From the human T2T-CHM13v2.0 reference genome, Homo sapiens: a stretch of DNA of 64,000 bases. The translations under genes and the position numbers were made by a program. The first letter of the stretch is position 1. Every line of letters starts with the position of its first letter. Shown here one piece after another: positions 18,777-34,814 of the stretch. The stretch is from NCBI RefSeq assembly GCF_009914755.1, contig NC_060927.1; one strand, given 5' to 3'. Below the pieces are notes generated by a model, which saw nothing but the letters and a program-made list of their open reading frames with translations, searched no databases and was not told where the DNA came from.

Positions 18777-20129
18777 GAGTTAAACTGTCAGAATGTGTTT
18801 CTTGCCCAGATGAAGTTTGTGTTTTGTGGGGGGGGCCTTGTGTAACCACGGAATTCCTATTTATGGCATTTCATGCCTTGTAAATAGCACCAGGAGATGA
18901 GGAAGAGAATGTACATATATTTTCTAAGGAAAAAAATCTGTTACTTTCAGAACGGCTCCGAGTTGTTCGTGGCAGCCTGCTGGAGTCCGCCGATCTGTCA
19001 GACCGTTAGCATGTACATTTTGCCAACAGATTGCCTCAATAATGACAAAAGGGCTCCTTATTTTCATCAGCATCTACATTTTAGCAAATTATCTTATTGT
19101 CTGCAACTTAATTTCCGTATGCAAAAGTGCACCTGTTTCTAATTTGAAAGGAACATTACATTTGTGTGCTCTTAACATTTAATCAAAATGGCAATATAGA
19201 AAGGGGTGGGGGAGCAGGGGTTTTTTTTGTTTATTTATTTTGATTTAATGGGGATCCATCTTGACAAGAGAAAATACCTGGGTCCAAAGAAGATGGCAGG
19301 AGTTTAAAAAAAGGCTCCTGTTTGGTAGCCCAGTCAAGGCTCCTGTCCAGGCTCTGGAGCCGCCCTCTTCCATCCACCTTCCCCAGCCCCACAGAGCAGC
19401 CCCAGCCCAATGGAGACTCTTCCCTTTGGAACAGCTCCTTAAGCAGGGGGTTTCCGTTTGAGATTCCAGACTGCCAAGGTCTGTTCCCTCAGGCATCACT
19501 GGTGTCCAGTCCAACAGCTTGAGGGCATGGAAGGAACAGCACACAGAAGCTAAGGAGAACTCACATGTATGGGGGACGTTTTTGGCACCAGCCACGTTCC
19601 ATGCTGTCTCAGGCCTCTCAGCAGCCCTGTGAAGGAAGAGTTATGATTTCCAGTGGGGCTGGGAAGGGGGTTGCCAGGGCCCAGGGGCTGCCTCCAGCCC
19701 TGGGAGGGGCGGCCCATGATGTGTCCAGCCCCAAGGCCCTGCCCCTTTCACCCCCAGTCCACCTGCCAGAGGTGGCAATGCAGCACTTCATGAAAAGCCC
19801 AAGAACAGCTGGCACAGGCAGGAGAGAGGGTGTGGGCTGTCATGCCATGCCGAAACGCACCCTCCCCTCGTGCTGCAGTATTGATTCCTTACAACCTACC
19901 TGTGCAGGGGTCAGGGCAGGGCAAATATGCCCACTGGAGGGACGCAGACACTGAGACCCCAAGGAGAGTGGCTGCAGAGGCCCCCAGTGGGAAGTGTCGG
20001 AGCTAGAGCCCCATCCCAGAGCCCTTGCCCCACCCTAGACCGCCCCTCCTCCCTGCCTCCCTCCGCATCTCTCTGGAGATGATGGAGGAAAATAAAGAAA
20101 GGGAGCCAGACAGTTGTGCCAACAGAACT

Positions 20130-20320
20130 CCTCCGTCGAGTGTCTAATTACTTACCATCATGCATGCGCTCTCTCACTAAACATTTATTAATGTGTTAGG
20201 ATTTCCATTAGCGCATGACTTCAACTGAAATCATTTGCATATGGCTGGGAAAAAGGGGAGAGGGAGAAAACAGCTCCAGCTACCCAGCAGTCAATCACAG
20301 TGACAGATCAGATGGTCCCT
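20130..20320. promoter_or_regulatory. Putative distal photoreceptor enhancer ~7 kb upstream of RHO
   Basis: non-repetitive AT-rich island with clustered homeodomain cores (CTAATTA, TTATTAAT, CCATTAG) and octamer ATTTGCAT at 20233. Confidence 0.5.
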
Positions 20321-20904
20321 GGCTGGAGGCAGGGGAGGGTTCCAGCCGAGACTCCAGCATGCATCCCCTCAGCCGAAGAACACAAAAATGAGTGTGCTGT
20401 GCCGGGCTCTGCTGCCCCAGGAAGCTCAGCTCTAGAGGCCTGAGTAGGACCCCTATTCATTCAGATGCACTTTCCGTGCATCATCCAAGGCTGCCTATTA
20501 CACAGGTGATGACACTGAGCCTCAGTCATGTTATTTTTCATTCAGCAAATATGCATTAAGCCAAGGCATATTTGGTCGCACCTGGGTGCAACCTTTGTGC
20601 ATAAGCCTTGTGTCTGGCTGCTTTTCTCTCTCAGCCTGATCTGGGTCTGAACCAAGTCCAGTCTTTTCTCCAAGGCTGTTTCCCCATCTGCACAAAAGGG
20701 CCCCCTCCAGCTCTGACTCTGAGGTTCCAGCCTCAGTCTGCGTCTGTGAACAGCGCTGGATGATGATCCTGTTGACCCCTCAAGTGCCTGTGACAAGGAA
20801 GGCACCACAGGGACCTGGTGATGCCCATTGAACTAAGAGGACACTGAGGCCAGAGAGGAGCAGCTGCTGAAGGCTGCACGGTGGGGCAGTGATTCTGGCC
20901 TTTA

Positions 20905-21227
20905 GCCTGTAGTCCCAACTACTCAGGAGGCTGAGGTGGAAGGATCAATTGAGCCAAGGACAGGAATTCAAGGCTGCAGTAAGCTATGATTGCACCACTG
21001 CACTCCAGCCTGGGCAACAGAGCAACATTCATCTCTAAACAACATTTAAAAATTGTTTTAAGAAGACAAATGAGATAACTGTTGATCGTAATGGCTGTGT
21101 AAAAACTGAACATGGCTGGGTGTGGTTGCTCACACCTGTAATCTCAACACTTTGGGAGGCCAAGGCAGGAGGATCGCTTGAGCCGGGAGTTAGAGACCAG
21201 CTCAGACAATATAGGGAGACCCCATCT
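20905..21227 (+). mobile_element. Alu right-arm / spacer / Alu left-arm composite, copy of 22660-23010
   Basis: Alu motifs plus a shared unique spacer. Confidence 0.85.
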
Positions 21228-22641
21228 GACTGGGACTGGTCCTGATCTCTCATCTCCAAGTGCTCAACATTGTGCCCATGTTCTTGGAAGGAGGAAGTAA
21301 GGGAGAGGTAGACTGAGCAGCCTCAGGTGGACCTGACTGGAGACGCACCTCAGGCAGCTGGAGGTCCCCGGGCCTTGGTTTCCCATCTGTCCCCAGCAAG
21401 GCTGTGAAGCTAGGAGCCCCTGGTGGCTGTCACACAGGTGGGCAGAGGCCCCTCCTCCAAGGTCGCTCTGTGTCTCTTCCCTGGCTTGGAGTCTGTGTGC
21501 CCACAGCAGAGGCCACCACTGGGCAGGGTGCTTACCCCGAGCCTCCCTGATTCTCCCCCTGCAGATCCAGAACACTGGCCTGGTATGGAGACCTCGTCAT
21601 GGCCCTCCCTGCTTGCCACCCGCAGTAGCTGCCCATGCAATTCAGCCAACACCCAGACCCCTAGGCCTGCCCTCTATCCCCAGCACGCCACCCTGGGGGG
21701 CCCAGCACCTCCAGGCCCAGCTGGCCCTCCCTACCTGCCCTGCTTGGGAGACTCTTTTGACCCTCCTGGTCCACCTTTTGCTCCTCTGGGCTCCCACAGC
21801 ACTGGGACTGGGAGAAAATGCTCATCTCTCATGTTTAGTTTCCGATCAGTACCCCCTGAGACTGGGAGCCCCTTGAAAGCAGGAACCATGTGGGATCCAC
21901 CTCAGCGTCCCCAGGGCCTGGCGCATATAAGGAGTTTGGCAAATGCTAGGGTAGAAAAGAGAAAGAGGAAGGAGGGAATGAGAGCTGGTCTTTCTCCCTC
22001 CCTTATTCCCCCTTGATGCTCTCAGTACCGCTGAAGGCCTCATGTAGCCTTGGTGACGCAGCCTGGTGGGGCTGAGCCATGTGGGGGACCAGGAGAAAGA
22101 AAGCCAAGGAAGAGGAGGAGGAGGAGGAGAAGGAGGAGAAGGATGCTGACCTAGCAGCTCCTCTCACAGCAGCTCCTCTCTTGCAGAGGCTGAAGAGCGA
22201 TTTGTGCCCTGCAAGCTAAGCCCCTAATCCACCGAGGCAAAGGCAAAGCCCCTAGCCGGGCTCCCGAGGGCTGGGACTCGGGTGCCCCAAGATGGCTGCA
22301 TCCAGCCATCTTGGCTTAGAAAGCCCCCCACATGCCAGCTTGGCCAACACCCACACCATGGGTTTCTCTGGACTGCCCGACACAAGGTGTGGGTGCTGGC
22401 CAGGCCTGTGTTCAAATCCCAGCTCTGCAGAGGAACTTTGACCCTGCATACCCCAGATTCCTCAGTGGTCAGTGGGGAGTTAGACCCTCTTCATAGGGGG
22501 CAGGAGGAGTTGTTCATTCATTCAACAAATGTTTATTGAACACCTCCTATGGGTTGTGAGCTCAGAGGCAGCGATGAACAGGCCAGGCTGGTCCTGCATT
22601 CTAGAAATAGATGGGAAGTCAGTCAATAAGTAGACAAATGA

Positions 22642-23606
<965 letters not shown>

Positions 23607-24374
23607 TTACAAGCACTCCCAATAATCCTATTAGGTAGGCACTATTATCATTCCCATTTTACAGAGTGGAGAACCGAAGCACACTCTCGGGAGGGCGGGG
23701 TAGCTGGCTGCACCCAGGCTGTGTAGCCTCAGTCCAGATGTAAGGGTGGGTGGAAAAGAGCCTTGCCCAATGAGGGAGAACAGTGAAACCAAGGCCATAG
23801 GGTCTAAAGATTCACGAACCAGGCTCTCATGGAGAAAGCAGGTGAGGTTTACTGTATAGATGGGTGTGCCCCTACCCCACACTGAGGCTTCCTCGTCTGA
23901 GCAAACTGAGGCCCAGAGAGGGGAAGGAAGCAGGACTACCATGGTGACTCAAAGACCAGCTAGAATCCAGCCTCCTCTCCTCGAGGCTTCCACTGCCCCA
24001 CGCCAGGCCTGTGTGACTCAGTCTAGGGCCTTTCCATTACCCCAGCTAAACCTTTCTTTAGTCATTTATACCATGGTGTGAATGGCTGGCTGGTCTTTCC
24101 TGAGAGCTATCTTTGATGAGGGGAGGGAGGCATAGCCAGGTTTGGGAAGCTGATACCCCAGGAAGCCCAGTTGACTGTGTGGGTTATAGCCCAGGCTGTC
24201 ACTGATTTGTAACGGGACCTGAGCAACTCTGCAGAGCTAGGCCTCAGTCTTTTCATCTGCAAAATGGATATAGCAGAGATGGTCAGAGTAGGTGACTTCG
24301 AATGACCCTTCCAGCTCACTATGAGTCTGTTTTCCTGAACAAAGAGCATTTTTTGTTTAAAAAAAAATTTCTTG

Positions 24375-24645
24375 GGCCGGACACGGTGGTTCACTCCTAT
24401 AATCCTGGCACTTTGGGAGGCCGAGGAGGGTGGATCGCTTGAGCCAGGAGTTCAGGACCAGCCTGGGCAACATAGCGAGACTCCACCCCTACAAAAAATA
24501 CAAAAACTAGTGGTGTGCACTTGTGGTCCCAGCTACTCAGGAGGCTGAGGTGAGAGGATCGCTTGAGCCCAGGAGGCAGAGGCTACAGTGAGCTATGATT
24601 GTGGCACTGCACTCCAGCCTGGGCGACAGAGACCTTGTCTCAAAA
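24375..24645 (+). mobile_element. Alu (J-like)
   Basis: dimeric Alu motifs. Confidence 0.88.
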
Positions 24646-25174
24646 TTTTTTTTTTCTTCGTCAAGCTTTACAGAATAAAGAGCACTGTCACCTCAGTGAT
24701 GGCTGTTAGTTCCCCATCACCAGGGCTCCATGAGGTTGCAATTGTGAAACTCACAAAGGAGGAACCTGAGACAGAGAGGGGAAGTACTGAGATCATCTAG
24801 GTCCATTCCCCCACTCACTCGTTCATTCAACAAATATTCAGGAGCACCTTCTAGGTGCCAGGCCCTGGAGACACATCAGTGAACAAAACAGACATCATCC
24901 CACCTCTTTCCACTACAGGCCAAGCACCATGCTGGTCTCTGGGAACCCTGCTGTGAGCAAGACAGACCCAGGCTTACCCTTGTGGACTCATGTTACAGGC
25001 AGGGAGACGGGCACAAAACACAAATAAAAAGCTTCCATGCTGTCAGAAGCACTATGCAAAAAGCAAGATGCTGAGGTACTGCTAAGCTGTGTGGGATGGG
25101 GGCTCAGCCCGGCCAGGGAGGGGCCAGTTGTGGGTCAGTCTTGACCCAAGGCATCCAGGACACCCTCCTTCTGG

Positions 25175-25330
25175 CCATGAGGGTCCACGTCAGAATCAAA
25201 CCCTCACCTTAACCTCATTAGCGTTGGGCATAATCACCAGGCCAAGCGCCTTAAACTACGAGAGGCCCCATCCCACCCGCCCTGCCTTAGCCCTGCCACG
25301 TGTGCCAAACGCTGTTAGACCCAACACCAC
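25175..25330. promoter_or_regulatory. RHO: Rhodopsin enhancer region (RER), about -1.9 kb
   Basis: position relative to TSS as recalled for the RER; CRX-type TAATC (cataatca), ctcattag, E-box CACGTG at 25297. Confidence 0.65.
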
Positions 25331-26939
25331 CCAGGCCAGGTAGGGGGCTGGAGCCCAGGTGGGCTGCAGGGAAGGGGGCACTCTTCTGAGCAGACAGATC
25401 TGGGAATCCTGGGTGGGAAGAGAGACGGTGAGAGAGAGATTAAGGGATATTTCCCAGGCATCAGGGCTTTGCACTCTCAGGGGTCCTTCCGCCTGGATGT
25501 CCTTCCCCTGAAGCTTCCTCCTGTTGTTCCGTTCTCAGCTCAAGCTCCAGCTTCTCAGAGAAGCCTCCTGTGTTGGGAGTGGCTGCGACTGAACTGTCCC
25601 TACTGTTATTCGCTCTTCTATTTGTTTGTGGTCCCTGTGCCCCCTCACCCCACAAAAACACTGGCTTCTTGTGAGCAGGAGCTTGCTCTTTCGTGTACCC
25701 TGTGTGTCCCCAAGGACCAAGCACCTTGTCTGGGCCACAGTAGGTGCTCAATACACATGTTGGCTGGACAGTGGTCACTGAGCGGCCGCACGTCGGGCAC
25801 TCTCAGCACTTGCACAGGCCGCCCCAGACACCCCACTTCATTCCTGGGAGGTGTCATCATGTTGCTTGGACGACGGGGAGAGGGGGACCTGCCAGTGTTG
25901 GCCTCCATTTTCCCCCAGTCATCTGCCCCCAAGGCTCTGACTACTTTCTTTCTCACGGTACATCCTGCTATTCTGGAATCGGCCCTCGTGGGGCCACCTG
26001 GTACATGGCATTCGAGGCCCTCGTGGCTGATTAGGCCTCCCCCAACAGTGCCCTGTCTGCTGCCTCCAGGGCCAGCCTCCCCTTCAGACTGGAGTCCCCT
26101 GAAGGGTTCTGCCCCTCCCCTGCTCTGGTAGCCCCCTCCATCCTCCCTCCCTCCACTCCATCTTTGGGGGCATTTGAGTCACCTTTCTACACCAGTGATC
26201 TGCCCAAGCCACTGCTCACTTTCCTCTGGATAAAGCCAGGTTCCCCGGCCTAGCGTTCAAGACCCATTACAACTGCCCCCAGCCCAGATCTTCCCCACCT
26301 AGCCACCTGGCAAACTGCTCCTTCTCTCAAAGGCCCAAACATGGCCTCCCAGACTGCAACCCCCAGGCAGTCAGGCCCTGTCTCCACAACCTCACAGACA
26401 CCCTGGACGGAATCTGCTTCTTCCCACATTTGAGTCCTCCTCAGCCCCTGAGCTCCTCTGGGCAGGGCTGTTTCTTTCCATCTTTGTATTCCCAGGGGCC
26501 TGCAAATAAATGTTTAATGAACGAACAAGAGAGTGAATTCCAATTCCATGCAACAAGGATTGGGCTCCTGGGCCCTAGGCTATGTGTCTGGCACCAGAAA
26601 CGGAAGCTGCAGGTTGCAGCCCCTGCCCTCATGGAGCTCCTCCTGTCAGAGGAGTGTGGGGACTGGATGACTCCAGAGGTAACTTGTGGGGGAACGAACA
26701 GGTAAGGGGCTGTGTGACGAGATGAGAGACTGGGAGAATAAACCAGAAAGTCTCTAGCTGTCCAGAGGACATAGCACAGAGGCCCATGGTCCCTATTTCA
26801 AACCCAGGCCACCAGACTGAGCTGGGACCTTGGGACAGACAAGTCATGCAGAAGTTAGGGGACCTTCTCCTCCCTTTTCCTGGATCCTGAGTACCTCTCC
26901 TCCCTGACCTCAGGCTTCCTCCTAGTGTCACCTTGGCCC

Positions 26940-27081
26940 CTCTTAGAAGCCAATTAGGCCCTCAGTTTCTGCAGCGGGGATTAATATGATTATGAACACC
27001 CCCAATCTCCCAGATGCTGATTCAGCCAGGAGCTTAGGAGGGGGAGGTCACTTTATAAGGGTCTGGGGGGGTCAGAACCCA
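26940..27081 (+). promoter_or_regulatory. RHO: RHO proximal promoter: Ret-1/PCE-I (CAATTAG), BAT-1 (GGATTAATATGATTA), NRE (TGCTGATTCAGCC 27015-27027), Ret-4, TATA (TTTATAA 27052); TSS ~27081
   Basis: known CRX/NRL elements in the expected order and spacing. Confidence 0.9.
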
Positions 27082-27112
27082 GAGTCATCCAGCTGGAGCC
27101 CTGAGTGGCTGA

Positions 27113-27619
<507 letters not shown>

Positions 27620-28948
27620 TGAGAGGCCTTCTCCCTTCTCCTGTCCTGTCAATGTTATCCAAAGCCCTCATATATTCAGTCAACAAACACCATTCATGGT
27701 GATAGCCGGGCTGCTGTTTGTGCAGGGCTGGCACTGAACACTGCCTTGATCTTATTTGGAGCAATATGCGCTTGTCTAATTTCACAGCAAGAAAACTGAG
27801 CTGAGGCTCAAAGAAGTCAAGCGCCCTGCTGGGGCGTCACACAGGGACGGGTGCAGAGTTGAGTTGGAAGCCCGCATCTATCTTGGGCCATGTTTGCAGC
27901 ACCAAGCCTCTGTTTCCCTTGGAGCAGCTGTGCTGAGTCAGACCCAGGCTGGGCACTGAGGGAGAGCTGGGCAAGCCAGACCCCTCCTCTCTGGGGGCCC
28001 AAGCTCAGGGTGGGAAGTGGATTTTCCATTCTCCAGTCATTGGGTCTTCCCTGTGCTGGGCAATGGGCTCGGTCCCCTCTGGCATCCTCTGCCTCCCCTC
28101 TCAGCCCCTGTCCTCAGGTGCCCCTCCAGCCTCCCTGCCGCGTTCCAAGTCTCCTGGTGTTGAGAACCGCAAGCAGCCGCTCTGAAGCAGTTCCTTTTTG
28201 CTTTAGAATAATGTCTTGCATTTAACAGGAAAACAGATGGGGTGCTGCAGGGATAACAGATCCCACTTAACAGAGAGGAAAACTGAGGCAGGGAGAGGGG
28301 AAGAGACTCATTTAGGGATGTGGCCAGGCAGCAACAAGAGCCTAGGTCTCCTGGCTGTGATCCAGGAATATCTCTGCTGAGATGCAGGAGGAGACGCTAG
28401 AAGCAGCCATTGCAAAGCTGGGTGACGGGGAGAGCTTACCGCCAGCCACAAGCGTCTCTCTGCCAGCCTTGCCCTGTCTCCCCCATGTCCAGGCTGCTGC
28501 CTCGGTCCCATTCTCAGGGAATCTCTGGCCATTGTTGGGTGTTTGTTGCATTCAATAATCACAGATCACTCAGTTCTGGCCAGAAGGTGGGTGTGCCACT
28601 TACGGGTGGTTGTTCTCTGCAGGGTCAGTCCCAGTTTACAAATATTGTCCCTTTCACTGTTAGGAATGTCCCAGTTTGGTTGATTAACTATATGGCCACT
28701 CTCCCTATGGAACTTCATGGGGTGGTGAGCAGGACAGATGTCTGAATTCCATCATTTCCTTCTTCTTCCTCTGGGCAAAACATTGCACATTGCTTCATGG
28801 CTCCTAGGAGAGGCCCCCACATGTCCGGGTTATTTCATTTCCCGAGAAGGGAGAGGGAGGAAGGACTGCCAATTCTGGGTTTCCACCACCTCTGCATTCC
28901 TTCCCAACAAGGAACTCTGCCCCACATTAGGATGCATTCTTCTGCTAA

Positions 28949-28974
28949 ACACACACACACACACACACACACAC

Positions 28975-29013
<39 letters not shown>
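28949..29013 (+). repeat. Interrupted (CA)n microsatellite in RHO intron 1
   Basis: two AC runs separated by a single extra A. Confidence 0.95.
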
Positions 29014-29017
<4 letters not shown>

Positions 29018-29299
29018 CTCCCTACCGGGTTCCCAGTTCAATCCTGACCCCCTGATCTGATTCGTGTCCCTTATGGGCCCAGAGCGCTAAGCAAATAACT
29101 TCCCCCATTCCCTGGAATTTCTTTGCCCAGCTCTCCTCAGCGTGTGGTCCCTCTGCCCCTTCCCCCTCCTCCCAGCACCAAGCTCTCTCCTTCCCCAAGG
29201 CCTCCTCAAATCCCTCTCCCACTCCTGGTTGCCTTCCTAGCTACCCTCTCCCTGTCTAGGGGGGAGTGCACCCTCCTTAGGCAGTGGGGTCTGTGCTGA

Positions 29300-29491
<192 letters not shown>

Positions 29492-30583
29492 TAATGGCAC
29501 TGAGCAGAAGGGAAGAAGCTCCGGGGGCTCTTTGTAGGGTCCTCCAGTCAGGACTCAAACCCAGTAGTGTCTGGTTCCAGGCACTGACCTTGTATGTCTC
29601 CTGGCCCAAATGCCCACTCAGGGTAGGGGTGTAGGGCAGAAGAAGAAACAGACTCTAATGTTGCTACAAGGGCTGGTCCCATCTCCTGAGCCCCATGTCA
29701 AACAGAATCCAAGACATCCCAACCCTTCACCTTGGCTGTGCCCCTAATCCTCAACTAAGCTAGGCGCAAATTCCAATCCTCTTTGGTCTAGTACCCCGGG
29801 GGCAGCCCCCTCTAACCTTGGGCCTCAGCAGCAGGGGAGGCCACACCTTCCTAGTGCAGGTGGCCATATTGTGGCCCCTTGGAACTGGGTCCCACTTAGC
29901 CTCTAGGCGATTGTCTCCTAATGGGGCTGAGATGAGACACAGTGGGGACAGTGGTTTGGACAATAGGACTGGTGACTCTGGTCCCCAGAGGCCTCATGTC
30001 CCTCTGTCTCCAGAAAATTCCCACTCTCACTTCCCTTTCCTCCTCAGTCTTGCTAGGGTCCATTTCTTACCCCTTGCTGAATTTGAGCCCACCCCCTGGA
30101 CTTTTTCCCCATCTTCTCCAATCTGGCCTAGTTCTATCCTCTGGAAGCAGAGCCGCTGGACGCTCTGGGTTTCCTGAGGCCCGTCCACTGTCACCAATAT
30201 CAGGAACCATTGCCACGTCCTAATGACGTGCGCTGGAAGCCTCTAGTTTCCAGAAGCTGCACAAAGATCCCTTAGATACTCTGTGTGTCCATCTTTGGCC
30301 TGGAAAATACTCTCACCCTGGGGCTAGGAAGACCTCGGTTTGTACAAACTTCCTCAAATGCAGAGCCTGAGGGCTCTCCCCACCTCCTCACCAACTCTCT
30401 GCGTGGCATAGCCCTAGCCTCAGCGGGCAGTGGATGCTGGGGCTGGGCATGCAGGGAGAGGCTGGGTGGTGTCATCTGGTAACGCAGCCACCAAACAATG
30501 AAGCGACACTGATTCCACAAGGTGCATCTGCATCCCCATCTGATCCATTCCATCCTGTCACCCAGCCATGCAGACGTTTATGA

Positions 30584-31362
<779 letters not shown>

Positions 31363-31364
31363 TG

Positions 31365-31490
31365 AGAAATGCAGATTCCTGGCCCCACTCAGAACTGCTG
31401 AATCTCAGGGTGGGCCCAGGAACCTGCATTTCCAGCAAGCCCTCCACAGGTGGCTCAGATGCTCACTCAGGTGGGAGAAGCTCCAGTCAG
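31365..31490. mobile_element. MER5-like hAT-Charlie remnant in RHO intron 4
   Basis: aaatgcagattcctggcccc...tgaatc...ggcccaggaacctgcattt resembles MER5A. Confidence 0.65.
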
Positions 31491-32032
31491 CTAGTTCTGG
31501 AAGCCCAATGTCAAAGTCAGAAGGTCCCAAGTCGGGAATGGGATGGGCCAGTCTCCATAAAGCTGAATAAGGAGCTAAAAAGTCTTATTCTGAGGGGTAA
31601 AGGGGTAAAGGGTTCCTCGGAGAGGTACCTCCGAGGGGTAAACAGTTGGGTAAACAGTCTCTGAAGTCAGCTCTGCCATTTTCTAGCTGTATGGCCCTGG
31701 GCAAGTCAATTTCCTTCTCTGTGCTTTGGTTTCCTCATCCATAGAAAGGTAGAAAGGGCAAAACACCAAACTCTTGGATTACAAGAGATAATTTACAGAA
31801 CACCCTTGGCACACAGAGGGCACCATGAAATGTCACGGGTGACACAGCCCCCTTGTGCTCAGTCCCTGGCATCTCTAGGGGTGAGGAGCGTCTGCCTAGC
31901 AGGTTCCCTCCAGGAAGCTGGATTTGAGTGGATGGGGCGCTGGAATCGTGAGGGGCAGAAGCAGGCAAAGGGTCGGGGCGAACCTCACTAACGTGCCAGT
32001 TCCAAGCACACTGTGGGCAGCCCTGGCCCTGA

Positions 32033-32164
<132 letters not shown>

Positions 32165-33583
32165 GACCTGCCTAGGACTCTGTGGCCGACTATAGGCGTC
32201 TCCCATACCCTACACCTTCCCCCAGCCACAGCCATCCCACCAGGAGCAGCGCCTGTGCAGAATGAACGAAGTCACATAGGCTCCTTAATTTTTTTTTTTT
32301 TTTAAGAAATAATTAATGAGGCTCCTCACTCACCTGGGACAGCCTGAGAAGGGACATCCACCAAGACCTACTGATCTGGAGTCCCACGTTCCCCAAGGCC
32401 AGCGGGATGTGTGCCCCTCCTCCTCCCAACTCATCTTTCAGGAACACGAGGATTCTTGCTTTCTGGAAAAGTGTCCCAGCTTAGGGATAAGTGTCTAGCA
32501 CAGAATGGGGCACACAGTAGGTGCTTAATAAATGCTGGATGGATGCAGGAAGGAATGGAGGAATGAATGGGAAGGGAGAACATATCTATCCTCTCAGACC
32601 CTCGCAGCAGCAGCAACTCATACTTGGCTAATGATATGGAGCAGTTGTTTTTCCCTCCCTGGGCCTCACTTTCTTCTCCTATAAAATGGAAATCCCAGAT
32701 CCCTGGTCCTGCCGACACGCAGCTACTGAGAAGACCAAAAGAGGTGTGTGTGTGTCTATGTGTGTGTTTCAGCACTTTGTAAATAGCAAGAAGCTGTACA
32801 GATTCTAGTTAATGTTGTGAATAACATCAATTAATGTAACTAGTTAATTACTATGATTATCACCTCCTGATAGTGAACATTTTGAGATTGGGCATTCAGA
32901 TGATGGGGTTTCACCCAACCTTGGGGCAGGTTTTTAAAAATTAGCTAGGCATCAAGGCCAGACCAGGGCTGGGGGTTGGGCTGTAGGCAGGGACAGTCAC
33001 AGGAATGCAGAATGCAGTCATCAGACCTGAAAAAACAACACTGGGGGAGGGGGACGGTGAAGGCCAAGTTCCCAGTGAGGGTGAGATTGGGCCTGGGGTC
33101 TCACCCCTAGTGTGGGGCCCCAGGTCCCGTGCCTCCCCTTCCCAATGTGGCCTATGGAGAGACAGGCCTTTCTCTCAGCCTCTGGAAGCCACCTGCTCTT
33201 TTGCTCTAGCACCTGGGTCCCAGCATCTAGAGCATGGAGCCTCTAGAAGCCATGCTCACCCGCCCACATTTAATTAACAGCTGAGTCCCTGATGTCATCC
33301 TTATCTCGAAGAGCTTAGAAACAAAGAGTGGGAAATTCCACTGGGCCTACCTTCCTTGGGGATGTTCATGGGCCCCAGTTTCCAGTTTCCCTTGCCAGAC
33401 AAGCCCATCTTCAGCAGTTGCTAGTCCATTCTCCATTCTGGAGAATCTGCTCCAAAAAGCTGGCCACATCTCTGAGGTGTCAGAATTAAGCTGCCTCAGT
33501 AACTGCTCCCCCTTCTCCATATAAGCAAAGCCAGAAGCTCTAGCTTTACCCAGCTCTGCCTGGAGACTAAGGCAAATTGGGCC

Positions 33584-33589
33584 ATTAAA
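33584..33589 (+). terminator. RHO: Candidate RHO poly(A) signal ATTAAA (a proximal AATAAA lies at 32527)
   Basis: variant hexamer followed by GT-rich ggtggtgggttttgttg. Confidence 0.5.
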
Positions 33590-33868
33590 AGCTCAGCTCC
33601 TATGTTGGTATTAACGGTGGTGGGTTTTGTTGCTTTCACACTCTATCCACAGGATAGATTGAAACTGCCAGCTTCCACCTGATCCCTGACCCTGGGATGG
33701 CTGGATTGAGCAATGAGCAGAGCCAAGCAGCACAGAGTCCCCTGGGGCTAGAGGTGGAGGAGGCAGTCCTGGGGGTCATAGAGGCACAGGTAACCCATAA
33801 AACTGCAAACAAGCTTTGTCACCTCTCAGAGCTTCCTTATCTGCAAAAAAGAATCTTAAAACTGACCT

Positions 33869-34238
<370 letters not shown>

Positions 34239-34684
34239 TTAAGTGGCCAGCCTACTGCCTGGCATGCAGCAGATGAGACTATGGCAATACTGGGCTTCAG
34301 CTCAGAGCTGGCCTTACTAGAGACCCTGTCCCAAAGGGGAAAAGGATGGAGCTAAAGCTCCCGAGAGTCACCCCCTCCTCCGAGGTGAGAAAGGAGGGCA
34401 GGAGCATGAGATAGCCGATCCTCGGTGCCTTGGTGAGGCTGGGGCAAATCATGCTGGGATCTCTATCATTGTCCCTCTTTACTGTGACTCACTAGATAAT
34501 ATCAGTCAGGATACTTTTGGTCACAAGTGATAGGAAATCCAACTCATTTGGGCTGAAGCAAAAGGGACACATTGTTGGCTCACATGAACAAAAAGCCCGG
34601 GGCTTCAGGCACAGGGTATCACCATGACTGAGATGGGGATTAATTCTGTGATTGGCCAAGTCTAGGTCACCTGATCATACGTAA

Positions 34685-34814
34685 CTCATTTATGCCTGAG
34701 GTTGCAATTTTTTGGATTTTTGCAATCAGACCTTGGCGATGACCTTGAGCAGTAGGATATAAATAACTCCCACATGCTTAGCGTTCCAATAATGGAATAC
34801 TAGGCATACGCAGG
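34685..34814 (-). mobile_element. MER85 piggyBac (PGBD3-derived) MITE
   Basis: ctcatttatgcctgaggttgcaa...gcgttccaataatggaatactaggcata matches the recalled MER85 consensus; degenerate TTAA-like flanks. Confidence 0.85.

Noticed and set aside
25469-26131. 220-aa ORF upstream of RHO
   Set aside because: Non-ATG start, overlaps old repeat remnants, no homology recognised.
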